From: Eledone cirrhosa
Lineage: Eukaryota
Direction of reading: 5' to 3'
Length of the DNA: 64,000 nucleotides
NCBI GenBank assembly: GCA_964016885.1
Contig: OZ024740.1
Span: 3,968,001-4,032,000, forward strand
Shown: positions 21,001 through 34,700 of the stretch, one piece after another
Layout of the letters: each line of letters starts with the position of its first letter
How positions within the stretch are numbered: the stretch's first letter is position 1
Notes under the pieces: generated by a model
The model's database searches: none
Told to the model about the DNA's origin: nothing
Seen by the model: only the letters and a program-made list of their open reading frames with translations
Program-made: the position numbers and the translations under genes

Positions 21001-24000
21001 GCTCCACCATCCACACTGTGGCACTGGGTCTGAGAGATTGAGGGCTCCACCAGCCATACTGTGGGACTGGGTCTGAGAGATTGAGGAGTGCTACATCCAC
21101 ACTGTGGTACTGGGTCTGAGAGATTGAGGATTGCACCATCCACACTGTGGCACTGGGTCTGAGAGATTGAGGGCTGCACCATCCACACTGTGGAACTGGG
21201 TCTGAGAGATTGAGGACTGCAGTAACCACACTGTGGCACTGGGTCTGAGAGATTGAGGACTGCACCATCCACACTGTGGCACTGGGTCTGAGAGATTGAG
21301 GACAGCACCAGCCATACTGTGGGACTGGGTCTGAGGAGATTGAGGACTGCACCATCCACACTGTGGCACTGGGTCTGAGAGATTGAGGACTGCACCAGCC
21401 ACACTGTGGCACTGGGTCTGAGAGATTTAGGACAGCACCAGCCATACTGTGGGACTGGGTCTGAGAGATTGAGGAGTGCACCATCCACACTGTGGAACTG
21501 GGTCTGAGAGATTGAGGACTGCACCAGCCACACTGTGACACTGGGGCTGAGAGATTGAGGGCTCCACCATCCACACTGTGGTACTGGGTCTGAGAGATTG
21601 AGGACTGCACCATCCACACTGTGGCACTGGGTCTGAGAGATTGAGGACAGCACCAGCCATACTGTGGGACTGGGTCTGAGAGATTGAGGACTGCACCACC
21701 CACACTGTGGCACTGGGTCTGAGAGATTGAGGGCTGCACCATCCACACTGTGGTACTGGGTCTGAGAGATTGAGGACGGCAGTTACCACACTGTGGCACT
21801 GGGTCTGAGAGATTGAGGACAGCACCAGCCATACTGTGGGACTGGGTCTGAGAGATTGAGGACTGCACCATCCACACTGTCGCACTGGGTCTGAGAGATT
21901 GAGGACTGCAGTATCCACACTGTGGTACTGGGTCTGAGAGATTGAGGGCTGCACCATCCACACTGTGGCACTGGGTCTGAGAGATTGAGGACTGCAGTAA
22001 CCACACTGTGGTACTGGGTCTGAGAGATTGAGGGCTGCACCATCCACACTGTGGCACTGGGTCTGAGAGATTTAGGACAGCACCAGCCACACTGTGGTAC
22101 TGGGTCTGAGAGATTGAGGACTGCAGTAACCACACTGTGGCACTGGGTCTGAGAGATTGAGGACTGCACCAGCCACATTGTTGCACTGGGTCTGAGAGAT
22201 TGAGGACTGCACCAGCCACACTGTGGTACTGGATCTGTGAGATTGAGGACTGCAGTATACACACTGTGGCACTGGGTCTGAGAGATTGAGGACTGCACCA
22301 GCCACATTGTGGCACTGGGTCTGAGAGATTGAGGATTGCACCATCCACACTGTGGCACTGGGTCTGAGAGATTGAGGGCTGCACCATCCACACTGTGGAA
22401 CTGGGTCTGAGAGATTGAGGACTGCAGTAACCACACTGTGGCACTGGGTCTGAGAGATTGAGGGCTGCACCATCCACACTGTGGCACTGGGTCTGAGAGA
22501 TTGAGGACTGCACCAGCCACATTGTGGCACTGGGTCTGAGAGATTGAGGACTGCACCAGCCACACTGTGGCACTGGGTCTGAGAGATTGAGGACTGCACC
22601 ATCCACACTGTGGCACTGGGTCTGAGAGATTGAGGGCAGCACCATCCACACTGTGGCACTGGGTCTGAGAGATTGAGGGCTGCACTATCCAAACTGTGGA
22701 ACTGGGTCTGAGAGATTGAGGACTGCACCATCCACACTGTGGCACTGGGTCTGAGAGATTGAGGACTGCACCATCCACACTGTGGTACTGGGTCTGAGAG
22801 ATTGAGGACTGCACCAGCCACACTGTGGCACTGGGTCTGAGAGATTGAGGACTGCACCATCCACACTGTGGTACTAGGTCTGAGAGATTGAGGACTGCAC
22901 CATCCACACTGTGATACTGGGTCTGAGAGATTGAGGGCAGCATCATCCACACTGTGGCACTGGGTCTGAGAGATTGAGGTCTGCACCATCCACACTGTGG
23001 CACTGGGTCTGAGAGATTGAGGACTGCACCATCCACACTGTGGCACTGGGTCTGAGAGATTGAGGACTGCACCATCCACACTGTGGCACTGGGTCTGAGA
23101 GATTGAGGACTGCAGTATCCACACTGTGGCACTGGGTCTGAGAGATTGAGGGCTGCACCATCCACACTGTGGCACTGGGTCTGAGAGATTGAGGACTGCA
23201 CCATCCACACTGTGGCACTGGGTCTGAGAGATTGAGGACAGCACCAGCCATACTGTGGGACTGGGTCTGAGGAGATTGAGGACTGCACCAGCCACACTGT
23301 GGCACTGGGTCTGAGAGATTGAGGACTGCACCAGCCACACTGTGGCACTGGGTCTGAGAGATTTAGGACAGCACCAGCCATACTGTGGGACTGGGTCTGA
23401 GAGATTGAGGAGTGCACCATCCACACTGTGGAACTGGGTCTGAGAGATTGAGGACTGCACCAGCCACACTGTGACACTGGGGCTGAGAGATTGAGGGCTC
23501 CACCATCCACACTGTGGTACTGGGTCTGAGAGATTGAGGACTGCACCATCCACACTGTGGCACTGGGTCTGAGAGATTGAGGACAGCACCAGCCATACTG
23601 TGGGACTGGGTCTGAGAGATTGAGGACTGCACCACCCACACTGTGGCACTGGGTCTGAGAGATTGAGGGCTGCACCATCCACACTGTGGTACTGGGTCTG
23701 AGAGATTGAGGACTGCAGTTACCACACTGTGGCACTGGGTCTGAGAGATTGAGGACAGCACCAGCCATACTGTGGTACTGGGTCTGAGAGATTGAGGACT
23801 GCACCAGCCACACTGTGGGACTGGGTCTGAGAGATTGAGGACTGCAGTACCCACACTGTGGCACTTGGTCTGAGAGATTGAGGGCTGCACCATCCACACT
23901 GTGGAACTGGGTCTGAGAGATTGAGGGCAGCACCATCCACACTGTGGTACTGGGTCTGAGAGATTGAGGACTGCACCATCCACACTGTCGCACTGGGTCT

Positions 24001-27000
24001 GAGAGATTGAGGACTGCAGTATCCACACTGTGGTACTGGGTCTGAGAGATTGAGGGCTGCACCATCCACACTGTGGCACTGGGTCTGAGAGATTGAGGAC
24101 TGCAGTAACCACACTGTGGTACTGGGTCTGAGAGATTGAGGGCTGCACCATCCACACTGTGGCACTGGGTCTGAGAGATTTAGGACAGCACCAGCCACAC
24201 TGTGGTACTGGGTCTGAGAGATTGAGGACTGCAGTAACCACACTGTGGAACTGGGTCTGAGAGATTGAGGACTGCACCAGCCACATTGTGGCACTGGGTC
24301 TGAGAGATTGAGGACTGCACCAGCCACACTGTGGTACTGGATCTGTGAGATTGAGGACTGCAGTATCCACACTGTGGCACTGGGTCTGAGAGATTGAGGA
24401 CTGCACCAGCCACATTGTGGCACTGGGTCTGAGAGATTGAGGGCTGCACCATCCACACTGTGGCACTGGGTGTGAGAGATTGAGGACTGCACCATCCACA
24501 CTGTGGAACTGGGTCTGAGAGATTGAGGACTGCAGTATCCACACTGTGGCACTGGGTCTGAGAGATTGAGGACTGCACCAGCCACATTGTGGCACTGGGT
24601 CTGAGAGATTGAGGACTGCACCAGCCACACTGTGGCACTGGGTCTGAGAGATTGAGGACTGCACCATCCACACTGTGGCACTGGGTCTGAGAGATTGAGG
24701 GCAGCACCATCCACACTGTGGCACTGGGTCTGAGAGATTGAGGGCTGCACTATCCAAACTGTGGAACTGGGTCTGAGAGATTGAGGACTGCACCATCCAC
24801 ACTGTGGCACTGGGTCTGAGAGATTGAGGACTGCACCATCCACACTGTGGTACTGGGTCTGAGAGATTGAGGACTGCACCAGCCACACTGTGGCACTGGG
24901 TCTGAGAGATTGAGGACTGCACCATCCACACTGTGGTACTAGGTCTGAGAGATTGAGGACTGCACCATCCACACTGTGATACTGGGTCTGAGAGATTGAG
25001 GGCAGCATCATCCACACTGTGGCACTGGGTCTGAGAGATTGAGGTCTGCTCCATCCACACTGTGGCACTGGGTCTGAGAGATTGAGGACTGCACCATCCA
25101 CACTGTGGCACTGGGTCTGAGAGATTGAGGACTGCACCATCCACACTGTGGCACTGGGTCTGAGAGATTGAGGACTGCAGTATCCACACTGTGGCACTGG
25201 GTCTGAGAGATTGAGGGCTGCACCATCCACACTGTGGCACTGGGTCTGAGAGATTGAGGACTGCACCATCCACACTGTGGTACTGGGTCTGAGAGATTGA
25301 GGACTGCACCATCCACACTGTGGTACTGGGTCTGAGAGATTGAGGACTGCACCATCCACACTGTGGCACTGGGTCTGAGAGATTGAGGACTGCAGTATCC
25401 ACACTGTGGCACTGGGTCTGAGAGATTGAGGGCTGCAGTATCCACACTGTGGCACTGGGTCTGAGAGATTGAGGACTGCAGTTACCACACTGTGGCACTG
25501 GGTCTGAGAGATTGAGGACTGCACCATCCACATTGTGGCACTGGGTCTGAGAGATTGAGGACTGCACCAGCAACACTGTGGCACTGGGTCTGAGAGATTG
25601 AGGACTGCAACATCCACACTGTGGGACTGGGTCTGAGAGATTGAGGACTGCACCATCCACACTGTGGCACTGGGTCTGAGAGATTGAGGACTGCACCATC
25701 CACACTGTGGGACAGGGTCTGAGAGATTGAGGACTGCACCCCCACACTGTGGCACTGGGTCTGAGAGATTGAGGACTGCACCATCCACACTATGGCACTG
25801 GGTCTGAGAGATTGAGGACTGCACCATCCACACTGTGGGACTGGGTCTGAGAGATTGAGGACTGCACCAGCCACACTGTGGGACTGGGTCTGAGAGATTG
25901 AGGACTGCAGTACCCACACTGTGGTACTGGGTCTGAGAGATTGAGGACTGCACCACCCACACTGTGGCACTGGGTCTGAGAGATTGAGGACTGCAGTATC
26001 CACACTGTGGCACTGGGTCTGAGAGATTCAGGACTGCACCATCCACACTGTGGCACTGGGTCTGAGAGATTGAGGACTGCACCATCCACACTGTGGTACT
26101 GGGTCTGAGAGATTGAGGGCTGCACCATCCACACTGTGGAACTGGGTCTGAGAGATTGAGGACTGCACCAGCCACACTGTGGTACTGGGTCTGAGAGATT
26201 GAGGACTGCACCAGCCACACTGTGGTACTGGGTCTGAGAGATTGAGGGCTGCACCATCCACACTGTGGAACTGGGTCTGAGAGATTGAGGACTGCACCAG
26301 CCACACTGTGGTACTGGGTCTGAGAGATTGAGGACTGCACCATCCACACTGTGGTACTGGGTCTGAGAGATTGAGGGCTGCACCTTCCACACTGTGGAAC
26401 TGGGTCTGAGAGATTGAGGACTGCACCATCCACACTGTGGTACTGGGTCTGAGAGATTGAGGGCTGCACCATCCACACTGTGGAACTGGGTCTGAGAGAT
26501 TGAGGACTGCACCAGCCACACTGTGGTACTGGGTCTGAGAGATTGAGGACTGCAGTATCCACACTGTGGCACTGGGTCTGAGAGATTCAGGACTGCACCA
26601 TCCACACTGTGGCACTGGGTCTGAGAGATTGAGGACTGCACCATCCACACTGTGGTACTGGGTCTGAGAGATTGAGGACTGCACCAGCCACACTGTGGTA
26701 CTGGGTCTGAGAGATTGAGGACTGCACCATCCACACTGTGGTACTGGGTCTGAGAGATTGAGGACTGCACCATCCACACTGTGGTACTGGGTCTGAGAGA
26801 TTGAGGACTGCACCAGCCACACTGTGGCACTGGGTCTGAGAGATTGAGGACTGCAGTACCCACACTGTGGCACTTGGTCTGAGAGATTGAGGGCTGCACC
26901 ATCCACACTGTGGAACTGGGTCTGAGAGATTGAGGGCAGCACCATCCACACTGTGGTACTGGGTCTGAGAGATTGAGGACTGCACCAGCCACTCTGTGGC

Positions 27001-27095
27001 ACTGGGTCTGAGAGATTGAGGACTGCACCAGCCACACTGTGGTACTGGGTCTGAGAGATTGAGGACTGCGCCATCCACACTGTGGTACTGGGTCT
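15061..27095. repeat. 43-bp satellite array (~280 copies)
   Basis: Consensus gagagattgaggactgcaccatccacactgtggcactgggtct; sharp boundaries; regional variant clusters and ~2-kb internal duplications. Confidence 0.98.
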
Positions 27096-27125
27096 TTACT
27101 TAGTAGCATCAGAACAGATATCACA

Positions 27126-27251
<126 letters not shown>

Positions 27252-27365
27252 ATAATAAATATAAAGACGAAAATGCGAAGGGGGCCTCGCTAACCTTTGT
27301 TTGCATATATATAAAAGTAAATATAAATCAGTAAAGCAAATATTCATAAGTACAGATTAATGTTT

Positions 27366-27468
27366 AAGCAAAGAATTTCTGCTTTCACCTGATGTGGGAT
27401 CTTATGATGATGCTGATGATGAGTTTTAGAAGATCCCATATAGGCTGAAAGCAGAATTATTTTTGCTT
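27366..27468. other. Imperfect inverted repeat (~38-bp arms, ~26-nt loop)
   Basis: Left arm aagcaaagaatttctgctttcacctgatgtgggatctt versus reverse complement of right arm aagcaaaaataattctgctttcagcctatatgggatctt. Confidence 0.8.
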
Positions 27469-27472
27469 TATC

Positions 27473-27579
27473 TTAAGGTATATATATATATATATACCTT
27501 AAACTATATATATATATACCTTAAACTATATATATATATACCTTATAAAATAAAGGTATATATATATATATATACCTTA

Positions 27580-27611
<32 letters not shown>
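27473..27611. repeat. (TA)n tracts punctuated by ccttaaac modules, including palindrome ttaagg(ta)9ccttaa
   Basis: Directly visible. Confidence 0.85.
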
Positions 27612-27613
<2 letters not shown>

Positions 27614-27654
27614 TGTAATCAGGGTTCGTTTCCTCGAAGTGGCTGATGGCAACT

Positions 27655-27830
27655 TTTATGATGTTGATTATCATCATATTGAAGATGATAATGATGAGGA
27701 TGATGGTGATGATGATAAGCTTGATGATGATGCTGATAAGGATGATGTGATGATGGTGATGGTAATGGTGATAATGATGGTGATGGTGATTATATTGAAG
27801 ATGATGGTGATGATAATGCTGGTGATGATA
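27655..27830. repeat. Degenerate (GAT)n microsatellite
   Basis: Directly visible; explains the poly-D/M ORF. Confidence 0.9.
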
Positions 27831-28424
27831 TATATATTATTATTGACCCTTGCTCCCTAATTCTTCCACCTGGGCCTTGATATTCTTGACTGCCATTTGT
27901 TACCTGATTCTTCTTACCTGTACCCCACTATGGCTATACACCACCTGAAATTGACCCTTTAAACCATATCTCATAAATAATTACATATATATAAGTGGGA
28001 AAACATCTGTTTGTTATCAGTGATAGGTGTATCATTACAAAGAATTTTATTCAATAAATAAACCACTAATACTACAGGTATATCTGTTTCAGAAGTTTTA
28101 ACTGTCTTCAAGAGTTAATGTCATTGATAGTACCTGGTACATTTACAGTCAATATCTTTACATAGATTTTATCTGAAATATCTCTCAGGTGAAAGAAAAC
28201 ATTTAAGATTTATCTTCTAGCTCCTCCTAAGCAGTTTCTCTTTCATCTAAGAATATGTTCAAAGAACTATACCATCTTTGATAATTCTAACCATTTAACC
28301 ATTTTAACCAATTTCATTTATCTTCTAAAATTTATTGGTATTTCAGCACCCTCCATCCCATCTTTCTTTTAGACATGGCAGAAAATCTACTTCATTGCCA
28401 GCCTCTTACTATTACACTTAACAA

Positions 28425-28785
28425 TGGGAGACTGTGGATGTGTGGTTACTTGACATGCTAGAAATAGCAAAGAAATCTCCCTCAATTTAGGCTATATTGT
28501 CTTAATCATTTAGCATTTAAACTAGCCGTATCAGGCCAGAATTCTCTCACCTCTTTCTATTCAAACCAGGCATAACTGGCTGCTCTTATCTATGCTAAGG
28601 TAATGTTCTCAAAATAAATAATACGAAAATCTCATAAATTCAATATTATGTGAAATAAAGTGTTTACTATGAAAATACAATAGTAAATATAGGTTAATGT
28701 AAATGTTAAAGGGTTAAAAAAAGAACATGCGTTTCTCTTTTGACAGTTTTGTTAGTGAGGGAAAGGTTGTAGTCATGGCCTTTAT
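28425..28785. mobile_element. Degenerate dispersed repeat (same family as 1233-1590, opposite orientation) interrupted by a MITE
   Basis: 28427-28495 matches the reverse complement of ~1525-1590. Extension beyond the MITE is inferred from recalled consensus. Confidence 0.5.
28506..28713. mobile_element. piggyBac-like MITE, second diverged copy
   Basis: TTAA(28502-28505)-tcatttagcattta ... taaatgttaaaggg-TTAA(28714-28717); internal gccagaattctc, atgttctcaaaataaataat, aaaatctcata and ttcaatattatgtga shared with 4119-4339. Confidence 0.87.
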
Positions 28786-28786
28786 G

Positions 28787-31700
28787 ATGGGTGAGAGAAA
28801 GGAAGTTATCTACTGGGTGAGAGAGAGGAAGTTATCTACTGGGTGAGAGAGAGGAAGTTATCCACTGGGTGAGAGAAAGGAAGTTATCCACTGGGTGAGA
28901 GAAAGGAAGTTATCCACTGGGTGACAGAAAGGAAGTTATCCAGCAGGAGAAAGGAAGTTATCTACTGGGTGAGAGAGAGGAAGTTATCCACTGGGTGAGA
29001 GAGAGGAAGTTATCCAGCAGGAGAAAGGAAGTTATCCACTGGGTGAGAGAAAGGAAGTTATCCACTGGGTGAGAGAAAGGAAGTTATCTACTAGGTGAGA
29101 GAGAGGAAGTTATCCACTGGGTGAGAGAGAGGAAGTTATCCACTGGGTGAGAGAAAGGAAGTTATCTACTGGGTGAGAGAAAGGAAGTTATCCACTGGGT
29201 GAGAGAGAGGAAGTTATACACTAGGTGAGAGAGAGGAAGTTATCCACTGGGTGACAGAGAGGAAGTTATCTACTGGGTAAGAGAGAGGAAGTTATCGAGC
29301 AAGAGAAAGGAAGTTATCCACTGGGTGAGAGAAAGGAAGTTATCCACTGGGTGAGAGAAAGGAAGTTATCTACTGGGTGAGAGAGAGGAAGTTATCCACT
29401 GGGTGAGAGAGAGGAAGTTATCCACTGGGTGAGAGAGAGGAAGTTATCCACTGGGTGAGAGAAAGGAAGTTATCTACTGGGTGAGAGAGAGGAAGTTATC
29501 CACTGGGTGAGAGAAAGGAAGTTATCCAGCAAGAGAAAGGAAGTTATCTACTGGGTGAGAGAAAGGAAGTTATCCAGCAAGAGAAAGGAAGTTATCCACT
29601 GGGTGAGAGAAAGCAAGTTATCCACTGGGTGAGAGAAAGGAAGTTATCCAGCAAGAGAAAGGAAGATATCTACTGGGTGAGAGAGAGGAAGTTATCCAGC
29701 AAGAGAAAGGAAGTTATCTACTGGGTGAGAGAGAGGAAGTTATCCACTGGGTGAGAGAAAGGAAGTTATCCAGCAAGAGAAAGGAAGTTATCTACTGGGT
29801 GAGAGAAAGGAAGTTATCCAGCAAGAGAAAGGAAGTTAACCACTGGGTGAGAGAAAGGAAGTTATCCACTGGGTGAGGGAAAGGAAATTATCCAGCAAGA
29901 GAAAGGAAGATATCTACTGGGTGAGCGAGAGGAAGTTATCCAGCAAGAGAAAGGAGGTTATCTACTGGGTGAGAGAGAGGAAGTTATCCACTGGGTGAGA
30001 GAAAGGAAGTTATCCAGCAAGAGAAAGGAAGTTATCTACTGGGTGAGAGAAAGGAAGTTATCCAGCTAGAGAAAGGAAGTTAACCACTGGGTGAGAGAAA
30101 GGAAGTTACCCACTGCGTGAGAGAAAGGAAGTTATCCAGCAAGAGAAAGGAAGATATATACTGGGTGAGAGAGAGGAATTTATCCAGCAAGAGAAAGGAA
30201 GTTATATACTGGGTGAGAGAAAGGAAGTTATATACTGGGTGAGAGAAAAGAAGTTATCCAGCAAGAGAAAGGAAGTTATCCACTGGGTGAGAGAAAGGAA
30301 GTTATCCACTGGGTGAGAGAAAGGAAGTTATCCATCAAGAGAAAGGAAGTTATCCACTGGGTGACTGAAAGGAAGTTATCCACTGGGTGAGAGAAAGGAA
30401 GTTATCCACTGGGTGAGAGAAAGGAAGTTATCCAGCAAGAGAAAGGAAGATATCTACTGGGTGAGAGAGAGGAAGTTATCCAGCAAGAGAAAGAAAGTTA
30501 TCTACTGGGTGAGAGAGAGGAAGTTATCCACTGGGTGAGAGAAAGGAAGTTATCCAGCAAGAGAAAGGAAGTTATCTACTGGGTGAGAGAAAGGAAGTTA
30601 TCCAGCTAGAGAAAGGAAGTTAACCACTGGGTGAGAGAAAGGAAGTTACCCACTGCGTGAGAGAAAGGAAGTTATCCAGCAAGAGAAAGGAAGATATATA
30701 CTGGGTGAGAGAGAGGAATTTATCCAGCAAGAGAAAGGAAGTTATATACTGGGTGAGAGAAAGGAAGTTATATACTGGGTGAGAGAAAAGAAGTTATCCA
30801 GCAAGAGAAAGGAAGTTATCCACTGGGTGAGAGAAAGGAAGTTATCTACTGGGTGAGAGAAAGGAAGTTATCCACTGGGTGAGAGAAAGGAAGTTATCCA
30901 CTGGGTGAGAGAAAGGAAGTTATCCACTGGGTGAGAGAAAGGAAGTTATCCATCAAGAGAAAGGAAGTTATCCACTGAGTGACTGAAAGTAAGTTATCCA
31001 CTGGGTGAGAGAAAGGAAGTTATCCACTGGGTGAGAGAAAGGAAGTTATCCAGCAAGAGAAAGGAAGATATCTACTGGGTGAGAGAGAGGAAGTTATCCA
31101 GCAAGAGAAAGGAAGTTATCTACTGGGTGAGAGAGAGGAAGTTATCCACTGGGTGAGAGAAAGGAAGTTATCCAGCAAGAGAAAGGAAGTTATCTACTGG
31201 GTGAGAGAAAGGAATTTATCCAGCAAGAGAAAGGAAGTTAACCACTGGGTGAGAGAAAGGAAGTTATCCACTGGGTGAGAGAAAGGAAATTATCCAGCAA
31301 GAGAAAGGAAGTTATCTACTGGGTGAGAGAGAGGAAGTTATCCACTGGGTGAGAGAAAGGAAGTTATGCAGCAAGAGAAAGGAAGGTATCTACTGGGTGA
31401 GAGAAAGGAATTTATCCAGCAAGAGAAAGGAAGTTATCTACTGGGTGAGAGAAAGGAAGTTATCCACTGGGTGAGAGAAAGGAAGTTATCTACTTGGTGA
31501 GAGAAAGGAAGTTATCCACTGGGTGAGAGAAAGGAGGTTATCTACTGGGTGAGATAAAGGAAGTTATCTACTGGGTGAGAGAAAGGAAGTTATCCACTGG
31601 GTGAGAGAATGGAAGTTATCCACTGGGTGAGAGAAAGGAAGTTATCCACTGGGTGAGAGAAAGGAGGTTATCTACTGGGTGAGAGAAAAGAAGTTATCAA

Positions 31701-34700
31701 CTGGGTGACAGAAAGGAAGTTATCCACTGGGTGAGAGAAAGGAAGTTATCCACTGGGTGATAGAAAGGAGGTTATCCACTGGGTGAGAGAAAGGAAGTTA
31801 TCCAGCAAGAGAAAGGAAGTTATCCAATGGGTGAGAGAAAGGAAGTTAACCACTGGGTGAGAGAAACGAAGTTATCCACTGGGTGAGAGAAAGGAGGTTA
31901 TCTACTCGGTGAGAAAAAGGAAGTTATCCACTGGGTGAGAGAAAGGAAGTTATCCACTGGGTGAGAGAAAGGAAGTTATCCACTGGGTGAGAGAAAGGAG
32001 GTTATCTACTGGGTGAGAGAAAGGAAGTGTTCCACTGGGTGAGAGAAAGGAAGTTATCCAGCAAGAGAAAGGAAGTTATCCACTGGGTGAGAGAAAGGAA
32101 GTTATCTACTGGGTGAGAGAAAGGAAGTTATCCACTGGGTGAGAGAAAGGAGGTTATCTACTGGGTGAGAGAAAGGAAGTTATCCTCTGGGTGAGAGAAA
32201 GGAAGTTATCCACTGGGTGAGAGAAAGGAAGTTATCTACTGGGTGAGAGAAAGGAAGTTATCCACTGGGTGAGAGAAAGGAGGTTATCTACTGGGTGAGA
32301 GAAAGGAAGTCATCCACTGGGTGAGAGAATGGAAGTTATCCACTGGGTAAGAGAAAGGAAGTTATCCAGCAAGAGAAACGAAGTTATCCACTGGGTGAGA
32401 GAAAGGAAGTTATCCACTGGGTGAGAGAAAGGAAGTTAACCACTGGGTGAGAGAAAGGAAGTTATCCACTGGGTGAGAGAAAGGATGTTATCCAGCAAGA
32501 GAAAGGAAGCTAACCACTGGGTGAGAGAAAGGAAGTTAACCACTGGGTGAGAGAGAGGAAGTTATCCAGCAGGAGAAAGGAAGTTATCCACTGGGTGAGA
32601 GAAAGGAAGTTATCTACTTGGTGAGAGAAAGGAAGTTATCCACTGGGTGAGAGAAAGGAAGTTATCTACTGGGTGAGAGAATGGAAGTTATCCACTGGGT
32701 GAGAGAAAGGAATTTATCCACTGGGTGAGAGAATGGAAGTTATCCACTGGATGAGAGAAAAGAAGTTATCCAGCAAGAGAAAGGAAGTTATCCACTGGGT
32801 GAGAGAAAGGAGGTTATCTACTGGGTGAGAGAAAAGAAGTTATCAACTGGGTGACAGAAAGGAAGTTATCCACTGGGTGAGAGAAAGGAAGTTATCCACT
32901 GGGTGATAGAAAGGAGGTTATCTACTGGGTGAGAGAAAGCAACTTATCCACTGGGTGAGAGGAAGGAAGTTAACAACTGGGTGAGAGAAAGGAAGTTATC
33001 CACTGGGTGAGAGAAAGGAGGTTATCTACTGGGTGAGAGAAAAGAAATTATCCACTGGGTGAGAGAAAGGAAGTTATCCAGCAAGAGAAAGGAAGTTATC
33101 CACTGGGTGAGAGAAAGGAAGTTATCTACTGGGTGAGAGAAAGGAAGTTATCCACTGGGTGAGAGAAAGGAGGTTATCTACTGGGTGAGAGAAAGGAAGT
33201 TACCCACTGGGTGAGAGAAAGGAAGTTATCTACTGGGTGAGAGAAAGGAAGTTATCCACTGGGTGAGAGAAAGGAAGTTATCCACTGGGTGAGAGAAAGG
33301 AAGTTATCCACTGGGTGAGAGAAAGGAGGTTATCTACTGGGTGAGAGAAAGGAAGTGTTCCACTGGGTGAGAGAAAGGAAGTTATCCAGCAAGAGAAAGG
33401 AAGTTATCCACTGGGTGAGAGAAAGGAAGTTATCTACTGGGTGAGAGAAAGGAAGTTATCCACTGGGTGAGAGAAAGGAGGTTATCTACTGGGTGAGAGA
33501 AAGGAGGTTATCTACTGGGTAAGATAAAGGAAGTTATCTACTGGGTGAGAGAAAGGAAGTTATCCACTGGGTGAGAGAATGGACGTTATCCACTGGGTGA
33601 GAGAAAGGAAGTTATCCAGCAAGAGAAAGGAAGTTATCCACTGGGTGAGAGAAAGGAAGTTATCCACTGGATGAGAGAAAGGAAGTTAACCACTGGGCGA
33701 GAGAAAGGAAGTTATCCACTGGGTGAGAGAAAGGAAGTTATCCAGCAAGAGAAAGGAAGTTAACCACGGGTTGAGAGAAAGGAAGTTAACCACTGGGTGA
33801 GAGAGAGGAAGTTATCCAGCAGGAGAAAGGAAGTTATCCACTGGGTGAGAGAGAGGAAGTTATCAAGCAGGAGAAAGGAAGTTATCCACTGGGTGAGAGA
33901 AAGGAAGTTATCCACTGGGTGAGAGAGAGGAAGTTATCCAGCAGGAGAAAGGAAGTTATCCACTGGGTGAGAGAAAGGAAGTTATTCACTGGGTGAGAGA
34001 AAGGAAGTTATCCACTGGGTGAGAGAGAGGAAGTTATCCACTGGGTGAGAGAAAGGAATTTATCCAGCAAGAGAAAGGAAGTTATCCACTGGGTGAGAGA
34101 AAGGAAGTTATCCACTGGGTGAGAGAGAGGAAGTTATCCAGCAGGAGAAAGGAAGTTATCCACTGGGTGAGAGAAAGGAAGTTATTCACTGGGTGAGAGA
34201 AAGGAAGTTATCCACTGGGTGAGAGAGAGGAAGTTATCCACTGGGTGAGAGAAAGGAAGTTATCCAGCAAGAGAAAGGAAGTTATCTACTGGGTGAGAGA
34301 AAGGAATTTATCCAGCAAGAGAAAGGAAGTTAACCACTGGGTGAGAGAAAGGAAGTTATCCACTGGGTGAGAGAAAGGAAATTATCCAGCAAGAGAAAGG
34401 AAGTTATCTACTGGGTGAGAGAGAGGAAGTTATCCACTGGGTGAGAGAAAGGAAGTTATCCAGCAAGAGAAAGGAAGTTATCTACTGGGTGAGAGAAAGG
34501 AAGTTATCCAGCTAGAGAAAGGAAGTTATCTACTGGGTGAGAGAGAGGAAGTTATCCACTGGGTGAGAGAAAGGAAGTTATCCAGCAAGAGAAAGGAAGT
34601 TATCTACTGGGTGAGAGAAAGGAAGTTATCCAGCTAGAGAAAGGAAGTTAACCACTGGGTGAGAGAAAGGAAGTTACCCACTGCGTGAGAGAAAGGAAGT

